Origin: Nemertoderma westbladi
Lineage: Eukaryota; Animalia; Xenacoelomorpha
Length of the DNA stretch: 64,000 nucleotides
Direction: 5' to 3'
Assembly (NCBI GenBank): GCA_032718475.1
Contig: JAUCBJ010008277.1
Location: 4,191 to 68,190 of the forward strand
Shown: positions 13,301 to 25,300 of the stretch, piece by piece
Layout of the letters: each line of letters begins with the position of its first letter
Position numbering within the stretch: position 1 is the stretch's first letter
Program-made: the position numbers and the translations under genes
Notes under the pieces: generated by a model
Told to the model about the DNA's origin: nothing
What the model saw: the letters and a program-made list of their open reading frames with translations, nothing else
Database searches by the model: none

Positions 13301-16300
13301 TTAAGGATATCTTCCTGAGATATCTCAGAAAGTGTCTTATTAGTATCTCTCAAGATCAACCTCATCAGAAAACATTGCCAAGTCTCAGTAACAATAACTT
13401 TTTCTGTGAATGGTTTAATTGTCTTGGCGGAGGACGTGGATGTAATTCATTTGTTAAAGGAAACTGATATCGACTCGGCCACTGAGATTCTGACTGAATC
13501 CACTGCCATAGCAGCTCAATGCGGCGGAAGAAGAAATCTGAATCTCTGAATCTGACACTCGTGCTGTGTAAAACAAACAAACTGAGGTAACGCCGTGGAC
13601 TCTTCTAGAGGATTATAAACCACCAACTGTGGCACAAATTTCCACAGAGAGACTGGAGGAACATTTCACAGCGCTGTTGAGTCAGGAAGATGTTGTCAGA
13701 AATACTATACCAGAAATAACACAAAGACAGTGTGCGGAACAGACTTGGTATAACGAGCCGATCTCTGCAAAGCAAATGCAAACATTTTTTTTTTTTTTTT
13801 TTTCTTCCGTGGATCATAAGGCAAGTGGACCCTACACTACAGAGTCTACAGTGGAAACAATCGATATGGGTATTGATGTCGATTTTATTGCTTCATTTAA
13901 TACCTGCGTAAACATTGCTCGAGTTCCATCCGCGATGGGCTGGGCAACGAGTATTAATAAAATTATAAACAAAGAGAAGTGAGTTAAATTAATTCCAGAT
14001 AACTATAGAGGAATTAATTGCCTTGATTAGCATATTCTTAAAAACTCTAACAAAATTATTAACAGGAGACTGAGAAATTACATTTATTGGTCTTGAAACC
14101 ATGCATTGAAGCAGTTGACATCATATTACTTACAAACGTCTACTCCAGCTGAAAGAACAAGAGTAATTTATATTTTATATATCGACTATAGGAAATCAAT
14201 TTGGAATAGAATGGTAAATATTTGATCTGATTAAATCCATTCTTAGGAACTTTGTAAAGATCTATGATGGCATGAAATTATCAAATCCGATTGAGCACCT
14301 AAGAGGCATTCTCCAGGGGATTCTTCTTCACCGAGCTAGTGGAGATAACTAATAGCTATGAATACCTTAATGTAACATTACAACCTCTTTCACTAAACAT
14401 ATAAATCGTAAAAAATATAAAGCTATAGGGTGCCTCAAAAGTCTACAGCGAGTCTCAATAGACACGGGTATGAAAATATTTCAAATGAAAATTGACCCAA
14501 TAATGGTGATTTTACGCCTTCAATGAGATTAGAATATATTTTACACCGTGTCAACTCAATGAAATAGATAAAATCAAAGGATCCTACATAAAGAAACTTC
14601 TAGGCCTTCATGAGAATGCTTCAACAACACTTTATCTTCAAATTATTGGCACAGCAACACCTAGTATCTCGATTTGCCACCCATGGTTTCCACCACCTTG
14701 TGTGCAGGAATCTAACATCTTTCCACAACATTGGAGTGGACTGTATCTGCAGCTTCTGCGGAAATAGCGCGGCAGATCGATGCCATGCAAACCCATGCTT
14801 GAAATCTCCCCATTTAAGTGTTCTCGGTGGGAAACAGACTGAACTAATTACCATTTTATTATATAATATATTTTTTTCTTTTATTCAGTCTCAACATTTT
14901 ATTGCTTTTATTATTGTTTTTATTTATTATTGGGTTTATTATTGTTTTTTACTATTGTCTAAATATGTAGCGCCTACTTCTTTTGATAATGAACAATACA
15001 TTATATCGGTTATTTTGACACATACGCTTGAAACTTAGAGCGACTGTATACGGTTAGCAGGAATTAAGATGCCGTACGTACATCCCTGAACCATCGTGAT
15101 TAATAATCGCTATCGCTGCTGGATCTGACGCGTTCGTGCCTCTTGTAGGAGGTTGATGCGTTTCGGCGGTACACCAAGGGTGGGTAGTCGGGGTCATATG
15201 CCGTGCATTTATCCTTCGTCGGTGGCAGTAAGGGTTGTCTTATTGGGTGCGGGTGCGGGCATCGGTACCTAGCGTCCCTGGCGCACCACTCTCCACCCCC
15301 ACCACCCCCTCCGTACCCGGCACCACCGTACCCGCCACCACCCCCTCCGTACCTGCCACCACCCCCTCCATACCCGCCACCACCCCCTCCATACCCGCCA
15401 CCACCCCCTCCATACCCCCCACCACCCCCTCCGTACCCCCCACCACACCCCACCCCCGGACACCCCCACTGACACTCCGGATCCCACCCACAGTGCTCGC
15501 ACGGCGGCCGCACCCCGGCGTCTCTCTCGTCGTACCACGTCGACTCGTCCCGGAGTGCCGTGGGCGGGGCGCTATCGTACGCCGTGGCTTGGTTACGCAC
15601 GACGCGCGGAGCCGGGGCCGGTGTGTGCGTAGCTTTATCAGTTGTAAATATCGGTGGCCCTGTAATGGGACCCCCATCGTCATAGTAACTCGTAGCGAAG
15701 TCACGTTTCTCTGGTTTCTTTCTTTCCTTTCTCTTCCGTTTCTTCTCTTTTGCCACCGGGCAGCAGCTGGGGCACGTACTGTCGCAATGGTGGTAGCGCG
15801 ATGTGTTACAATGCCTCGAATCGTCGTAGTGACAAGGGTGGGTTGAACCGGCAGGGTGTAAGTGACTATGCATGAGATCCACACCAGCGCATCCATTCCT
15901 ACATACACCAGCACATCCAGTCTTACAGACACCTTGGTTGCAACCGGAAGCCATGCACCCCTCCATACAGACTCCCGGATTACATGCGGAAGCTACGCAT
16001 CCATTCCTATAGATCACTGGGTTACACCCAGGTGGAATGTATTCTATCCTACCGTTACCGCAGCCACCCGTGTTACACCAAGGATGGGCCATCTTGGGTT
16101 CCCCCCAGACCATATATCGTTTCGATCGCGCTACCAATGGATTCTTTTTAGCTACCAACGCCACCCCTGGTTGTTGAGAATCCTGCTTAGCGACTACTGA
16201 ACTCGTTGGCGTCTCTCTTGTTACCATAGCAACGTTGGGGTTTAGATCGGTGACAGTGCAGCGACTTCGGCAGTCGTCCTCCACTACTATTGGAGTGGGT

Positions 16301-19300
16301 CGGACATTGGTCATACGAACGGTGGGGCGGTATACGGTTGGTTCATATTCGGCCAATGGGATCGCTTGTGGAGGTTCATTAGGAAGTGTTATTGGCTGCG
16401 TTATTGCCGTTGCTACGGGTTGCGTCGCACCGATTGGTTCACAGGCCCTTGGGCGTATACGATCGCTGAATCGAGTCCACAACCTCGGTTGAGGCGTTTC
16501 CGGCGGTAATCCGACGTACACAGCATCACCCTGCGGCATCACCAACGACTACGTCACGGCAGAAGAAACCTCTACATCGAGGGTAAACATTTATATTTGG
16601 TTACATGGACGACAATAAACCTTTAGTTAACACTTATACATATACACCATGACCCGAAATATAATATAATTGCATTTAAATTACTTTTTAGCACCATTAT
16701 ATGCTATATCACACTATGCACCTATAAAAGCACCTATAAAAATGCTAGCTACATATTAAAGAACAAATTAATTAATTAAACTAAAAAACACTTTGTTTGG
16801 AAAAAAAAAGTTAATACAAAGTAACACATAAGTATTATTTTTACAAAATGCTATCTACCATTACAATAATTATTACTACCATTATAAATTTTTATAAAAT
16901 AAATGATGTTCTGAAAATTAATCAAATTGAAAGAAGGTAATTTTACAATAAATTACATTTTTTAAGAGGAGGGTTGTGAGTTTGTGCGGACAGCACAGAC
17001 CATGGTAATTTGGGGTCCGTGTCATCCAAGTATAACCTGTTATTGCGAGTCATGGTGTATATTATTCGATAAGATAAATACCTAGCTACACAATTTACTG
17101 CTATTTATTCCAGAACTAACATTGTAGGTTTTATATGTGAGTTACTCTTACTAGGTTGTTTTTATGCAGTCGAGCAAAGCGAAGGTGACCGGCGGGCGAA
17201 GTTGTATTAAGTGATTTTTGGGACTCTGATCGCCCGGTTGAACTTATTTTTAGATGAAGGTGTCCCACTGATGGAGGTCACCAGCGGAGGAAGATGATAA
17301 AGATAGACACCTCGGCTCGGACGCAACCCGGAGTCTCTGGCTCGGACGCAACCTGTACTGTAACCTGTAATGGTAACAGCGCTACACCTACACTAACTTC
17401 CAAGGAACACTCCATATCTATCACACCCATTTTTTGCGTTAAGCACTAATGAGTCTTTCATATGGAAACAACAATGCTATTTTATACAGCCTTAACTTTA
17501 TTTGAACCTCAGCTGTTATACACTATTGCGAAAGCACTTTTTTACCCCCCCCCCCCCCCCCCCCCCCCCCACCCAAACACAAAAAAACTGTCTCACGTCA
17601 TGTCCCATGGTTCTTTATATCTTATAAAATTGCATTGTCTCATTAAATTTAGAACATCTCAGCCAATTTTGTTCTGATCTTAATTTTTCATATTTTTTTT
17701 TCTTCGCCTGCTGCGTCAGTCTTTAATTAAGGCTTATTCCATAGTGGTGGTCATATCTCATGGAACATATTTATATGGAGCTGGAGTATTATTGGTTGAC
17801 AGCTAGACAACATGTTTTATTACCTTCACTTACCAACTCAGCTGTGTTGTCTGGCTAATCCCACCACTTATCTTCTCTTTTCACTCATTCTTTAATATTA
17901 TATCTCACATCAATATTGATGGGACGTTAAATGTAAATTTGAATATACTTCATACATAATGATGGTACACATTCGCCACTACTATATTAATTTAAATATT
18001 TTATTTTACTGGAAAATATATATTGGTTGTTTAGGGGTAACTTCTACCTGACCTGCACCATCCACCCACAGTACAATTCACTTAGTCAGGTTTATATGTA
18101 ACTATAGGATTTAATTCAAGCAAATAACCAATATCCGGTGTTCTTTATAATAAGGAACTTACAATAAGCTCTACAATATGGACTGGTAGTGGCAATAATG
18201 ACATTACTATACAAGTAGACTACCAATATATTTTGGAGTTTAGGTTTTCTGTGAGATAGTTTTATTTATGTTCATTGAAAATTTAATTAGTGAGACACAC
18301 TAAAAAATTTACATAAAATAGTTAAATATTATTATCAATCGATATTATTAATCGTTATTTTTTTACGGAACCCGTAAAAAACGCGGAGCTACAACTTGGA
18401 TGCGGTAGCCGCATCCAAGGGTGTTTTCGGGGTGTGCCGGCGTGTGGTTCGACTTCGACGGGAGAAACCATCTATTATTAAATTCCATAAACCTTGATTA
18501 CCTTTCAATATGCCATTATTAAGGAAGTCGTCTCGCAGTCGATTGGTTAAACATTCTGTGATTCAAGAGGCTGATAATAGTATTAGTTGCCTAGACGATG
18601 ATGGATGGCTAACACGTTTAAGGAGCCATCATCTATTCCACTCTCCTATTGGTCGTTTACATAATATTTCATCGCCCGAGATTGGGGGAAGCGGACTTTC
18701 ACTATTGGATGAGTATTTGTTTGAAGCTAATCAATTAGATAAGATAACGAATATGCAAAGGCATGAAGGATACTAAACACATGCAGATGCATAAAGCACA
18801 ACACGTCACTCTTATTCAATCGATATTCCCAGAAAATTGTAGGTGGTGTGTACTAGAGGGACCTACTTGCCTGCTCAATGGTAGGGAATTCCCTTGTTGC
18901 GGTGTAAGTGTAGTGTACCGTACCATGGCATAAATAGTATTTATTGAGGAACATGGGGTGGAATCGAATTAAGTGTGTCCTGACAAAGTGCAGGTTGATG
19001 GTGATTGGTTGCTGTGAGTGCGTTTGTCATATATGAAAGTATGAGACTCTTTCCTGTAAAGTATAACAGGGATGTACTGTACATTCTCGTCATAATATAG
19101 ACATAATGGCGCAAAGGCTTATTTATTAACTGTATTATAATCATTGTATTAGAATTGTGTACAAATCACTGTTTACTTTTTCTTATTATATTGAAAAATT
19201 ATGTAAAAAATATTAGTACTTTTACTGTTATTTTTTATAAACATAGTTAAGAAAACTACTTTAAGATGTGAAAATAAAAAAATTTACAATAGCCTGAGAC

Positions 19301-22300
19301 TGCGCTGTCTGCGGAATTATTATAATGGCAAAATTATATCGTAATATTTCATTGGCCAGTTTGAATAATTACATTATTTTGGCTCTATGATGTGTTGAGT
19401 GAGTGTGGGTGCGTGTCTCAGTATCTCAGTATCCATCATGCCTTGTATATCGAATAGTAGTTCCGACTCAAGCGGAGGTAACATCTCTTGTTTCGGTCGT
19501 TCCTCTGAATCCCGCGAAGTTTCCAGGAAACACCCTCATTCCCCGACCCTTCTCGTCAAACATCGCCCCGCTCGGGTCGCAGCCAATAGGGAACAGTTGA
19601 AGCAACATCTGTTGAGCTGGAGAGCCGATATTGACCAATGGGATGGTGACTTCAATACCAGTTGGGAGGAAGTGTTGGAGAAACACGATAAACTTTGTAG
19701 TGTTAATAAATCCAAAACTCATCCCGATCTTAGTGATGAACTAGTTACAGCCAACAATGAGAAAACACTTTTTGTTAACGAATTCAAGATTTATCCTGAC
19801 ATTGATAATGCAATTGTTAAGAATATATCGAACGGCGATTTCGTAAAAGATGTGGGAATGTGTGACAATTCGAAAGTTCTACATGAACAGGCTCAGAAAG
19901 ATAAAACTGATAGTTTCTCTGTAATTGTTAGTGGAGAAGATAATGATGATATTAGCAGTGATGCGCGCTATAAGGAAGCTCTTCTAGCTCTACGTGTCCT
20001 AGAGGACAATGACAACGTGGTTGGAACGGAGATGCACACTCTCCCGAAAAGACGTCATTCAGATACAGTCGCGAACCAGTGCCATACCGGTTTGTTTATG
20101 TGGCATATTTATTTATTGTTATTACTATTTATGGCGCTTAATTAATTATATTTTAAAATTTCAACACTTTGGTCAGTTTTGATTATACTGTAGTGTCATA
20201 CTGCGCTGGTATTCATGTTCAGTTGGGTTTTGCTTGCTTACATAATGAAAAGTTAACAGTAGTTAGTAATAATTGTGTTTGATATCACCTAACATTCTAG
20301 CATCTATTAGGGATTCTTCATATATAAAATTCCAGTAGAATTTCGACCGAAAAGTGAAATCCTGGTATTCTTCACATGGGCGAATTAATGGGTTGTGTTG
20401 TTGTTTTGCTAATAAAGTGTAGATACTTTTCACTTTTCACTTGTGTAGATAGGAACCTAGCATACACGAAGTAGGCGAGCTTTATCAAACAATAAGGAAC
20501 CTAGCATACACGAAGTAGGCGAGCTTTATCAAACAATAAGGAACCTAGCAGAAAAGGGAGTAGGCGAGCTTTATCAAACAATAAGGAACCTAGCATACAC
20601 GAAGTAGGCGAGCTTTATCAAACAATAAGGAACCTAGCATACACGAAGTAGGCGAGCTTTATCAAACAATAAGGAACCTAGCATACACGAAGTAGGCGAG
20701 CTTTATCAAACAATAAGGAACCTAGCATACACGAAGTAGGCGAGCTTTATCAAACAATAAGGAACCTAGCAGAAAAGGGAGTAGGCGAGCTTTATCAAAC
20801 AATAAGGAACCTAGCAGAAAAGGGAGTAGGCGAGCTTTATCAAACAATAAGGAACCTAGCATACACGAAGTAGGCGAGCTTTATCAAACAATAAGGAACC
20901 TAGCATACACGAAGTAGGCGAGCTTTATCAAACAATAAGGAACCTAGCATACACGAAGTAGGCGAGCTTTATCAAACAATAAGGAACCTAGCATACACGA
21001 AGTAGGCGAGCTTTATCAAACAATAAGGAACCTAGCATACACGAAGTAGGCGAGCTTTATCAAACAATAAGGAACCTAGCAGAAAAGGGAGTAGGCGAGC
21101 TTTATCAAACAATAAGGAACCTAGCATACACGAAGTAGGCGAGCTTTATCAAACAATAAGGAACCTAGCATACACGAAGTAGGCGAGCTTTATCAAACAA
21201 TAAGGAACCTAGCATACACGAAGTAGGCGAGCTTTATCAAACAATAAGGAACCTAGCATACACGAAGTAGGCGAGCTTTATCAAACAATAAGGAACCTAG
21301 CATACACGAAGTAGGCGAGCTGTATCAAACAATAAGGAACCTAGCATACACGAAGTAGGCGAGCTTTATCAAACAATAAGGAACCTAGCATACACGAAGT
21401 AGGCGAGCTTTATCAAACAATAAGGAACCTAGCATACACGAAGTAGGCGAGCTTTATCAAACAATAAGGAACCTAGCATACACGAAGTAGGCGAGCTTTT
21501 TCAAACAATACATTTTAGATTTTTATAAACATTGTCTATAGTAAAACTTGGGTCATGCACTACGAAGCCCAATCTTAACGATATTCGTAATTCTCAACAT
21601 GACTGTTTTGTTTGCTAAGGCTCACTATCACTAACTTGTTCGGCCCACATTGCAAAATCCAACCCCATAGAAAGCTATGATGCGATACGTTTATGAGAGT
21701 ATCTATTAAAGCAGTTATTGCAGTTAATGCAGTTATTTATTAAACAAGTTGGGGGGGGGGGGGGGGGGGGGGGGGGGTGGGTTTGGGTTATTTTATTATT
21801 GTGTCAAACTAATTGTTGTACTTCTGGGAGGCAATTTGTAAAATCAAATCGATTTTATGGTAATTGTGGTAAACATTGCGATTCCTTTTAGTATAAATTT
21901 GTCTCAAGGAGTTTCTATTTTCTTATTTTCTAGAATGTAACTTTACGTGCCATCAGCGATGCCGACCCAAAGTCACTCTGGAATGCTCGCCAGACACATC
22001 CCCATCAGAAGAGACGCCCCCTAACGCCATCGACGGGAATTCGATCGGTAAACAACCGCTTTCCGCTGCTCACGTCTCTGGGTTGAGTCGTCAACGCATC
22101 CTAACTGGCAGTAAATCTCTCAGGAGTCAATCCCTCAATGGGCTGTCCAACCGCGATTTCGTAGTCGTTAATGTGAGTTTATTTTCTACTTCACGTTAAT
22201 TAAAGCGAAGCTTTTTGGCCTAAATTTGTGACAGTAACATTCCGCTGCGCATCCTCTGCTCAGGTACCTTGTGATGAACACCAATAATGTTACTATTTTT

Positions 22301-25300
22301 ATTTTACGATCTATTTATCTGAAGTTTCAAATTGGTTTGTATTAAATAGTTTAGAAATTGTATAATATATTCACGACATGAAAGTCATATGCATATTTGA
22401 ATATCAGCAGTAGCCGGCCAAAATATACAACACTTACACATATACAACATCTTGCATAATTATATAATCTTACATAATAATAATTAACCTATTCAGATAG
22501 TCGCTGTTTACAAATCAACATGCGATATAGATCACAGCTCAGTTAACCGAAATGCAAGTAAGGTACTTTAAAGTTCTCACTTTTAGCTCGTTTCATGCGG
22601 CATGAGTTTCATCTAAAGTAGGGCTCCAAGTAATGATTGACAGATAGACATAAATGGCGGCAGACAGATGGGCATTCGGTAACCGACATATGTTCATACA
22701 GACAGACGGGAAATGATTTAAGAAGTTCATTATGATTAATTTTTAGATGATGAGTTTACATTTCGCTAATTTCTGATTTGACGGTCAGAATTATCGAATT
22801 GTTGTCCCCACCCAAGGTTTATAAATGTCTGCCCTAATATAACAACGTCAATTAATCACGCCCAAAGGTTTGGCCAAAAAAAGCAGGGTTGGAAGCCCAA
22901 ACCAGACGATCACACCCAAACCAAAAGTTTGGAAACCCAAACCAAAGTGTTTGGAAGACCAGACCAAAAGTTTGTAAACCCAAACCAAACATAAAAGTCA
23001 GCTAATTCTAATTACTGTCTAGTTTATTTATATTTATATACAATTTACATTTCAACTACAGTCACCAGTAACTCAACTAGGAACTTAATGTGGGGCGAGC
23101 CACGAAGTTTGCGGAGCCTTATCGAACTGACACTGTTTGTGGCGTGGGTCAATTTTTGCAAATAGATGTTGTTATCGTCGTTACTTTTTTGACATAACTT
23201 TGCCGGATTTAAAGCTCTCGAGTTGAAATTAGGTATCAAAGACCAAAAGTATAGATTCTTGAAAGACGCGTTTGAAAGTCAAATCCTTCTCCGATTTCGT
23301 TATTTATGATCTGTTCAAGCTGAAACTTGTCAGATATGTGCTAGAACACAGCCTGTGGGGATGGTGATCGCTCCGCAATTCTCCAATTTGCCGCTAAATT
23401 GAGAAATGTCTGAATGTGATAGATAACCTTCCTCATAAACGAGATTTAAAATTCTTACGGGTTGATATATGTCATGTTACGTGCTGCGCGAAAGCCCCAA
23501 CTTTGTGTTCGTACATAGTGAGTGGAATGTTTGTAAAGCAAATTGTAATTCGCAAACTATAATTATTACTAATCGAAATTGACTGCAGCTGGGCAGGTAT
23601 TTTCACCATGACTGACTTAAAAAATAATAGTGTAGTAGTGCTGAACAGTTAACACCGAAATTAATTTCAAAGAATTTCAGTTTCAGATTGCCAATTTATT
23701 TCAATAATTTCAGATTGTATTTCGGTTTCAGTTTAATTTCAGTTACAGCGTTACTACTGTGTGAAGCTTTCCGACACCATGCTAAACTCTATATAAGTTG
23801 TTTTCACACACTCTAGGCAAAAACCGTTATGAGTGCAACATTCTATTTCTATGCTAGAATTAGTATCATATGATACTTTATAATCGCGGGTTTCATTTTT
23901 AGGGTAAAACCATGCGACCATCTCATGAGGCTGGGACTGGGACTGTATACCAAGCATCGACTACATTCGATCCCAGTAGTCACCATGGCTACCTTACGCT
24001 GCCTTCAAGAAATTCTTCAAGGAACAAGTTACGTCAAAGAATCGACAAGTTTAACAGTGTCAGCACCGGGGCAGTTCTAACCATGGTGAGTCAAATATAA
24101 CAGTGTTAGGACCGGGGAAGTTCTAACCATGGTGAGACAAATATAACAGTGTTAGCACGGGGCAGTTCTAACCATGGTGAGTCAAATATAACAGTGTTAG
24201 GACCGGGGCAGTTCTAACCATGTCTAACCATGGTGAGTCAAATATAACAGTGTTAGGACCGGGGAAGTTCTAACCATGGTGAGTCAAATATAACAGTGTT
24301 AGGACCGGGGAAGTTCTAACCATGGTGAGACAAATATAACAGTGTTAGCACGGGGCAGTTCTAACCATGGTGAGTCAAATATAACAGTGTTAGGACCGGG
24401 GCAGTTCTAACCATGGTGAGTCAAATATAACAGTGTTAGGACCGGGGAAGTTCTAACCATGGTGAGTCAAATATAACAGTGTTAGGACCGGGGAAGTTCT
24501 AACCATGGTGAGACAAATATAACAGTGTTAGGACCGGGGCAGTTCTAACCATGGTGAGTAAAATATAACAGTGTTAGGACCGGGGCAGTTCTAACCATGG
24601 TGAGTCAAATATAACAGTGTTAGGACCGGGGAAGCTCTAACCATGGTGAGTCAAATATAACAGTGTTAGGACCGGGGAAGTTCTAACCATGGTGAGTCAA
24701 ATATAACAGTGTTAGGACCGGGGCAGTTCTAAACCATGGTGAATAAATATGTATTAAACGTGTCAGTTTAAAACGCATCGGGTATTTCTAAATTGATTAT
24801 ATATGCTAGGGGAAGGGACTGTGGGAGGGAGTGCACAATAACTGTTTGGTGCAAGGGACTGTGGGAGTGCACAATAACTGTTAGGTGCAAGGGACTGTTG
24901 GAGTGCACAATAACAGTTTGGTGCAAGGGACTGTGGGAGTGCACAATAACTGTATGGTGCGAGGGACTGTGGGAGGGCACACTAACTGTTAGGTGCAAGG
25001 GACCGTGGGAGTGCACAATAACTGTTAGGTGCAAGGGACTGTTGGAGTGCACAATAACTGTTTGGTGCAAGGGACTGTGGGAGTGCACAATAACTGTTAG
25101 GTGCAAGGGACTGGGGGAGTGCACAATAACTGTTTGGTGCAAGGGACTGTGGGAGTGCACAATAACTGTTAGGTGCAAAGGACTGTGTTGCACAATAACT
25201 GTTTGGTGCAAGGGACCGTGGGAGTGCACAATAACTGTTTGGTGCAAGGGACTGTGGGAGTGCACAATAACTGTTTGGTGCAAGGGACTGTGGGAGTGCA

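Noticed and set aside
15203-15472. Extensin-like (PPPPPPY)n ORF on the + strand
   Set aside because: It is the antisense shadow of the GYGGGGG repeat in the much longer minus-strand ORF.
20451-21510. CRISPR-like array
   Set aside because: Head-to-tail repeats without unique spacers, no cas genes, and eukaryotic intron context. The same applies to the other arrays.
21751-21777. Long G/C homopolymers (also 328-345, 17545-17570, 30074-30093, 36768-36786, 62814-62836) as functional G-quadruplex elements
   Set aside because: They are common in this kind of genome, often MITE-associated, and lengths are unreliable; nothing specific supports function.
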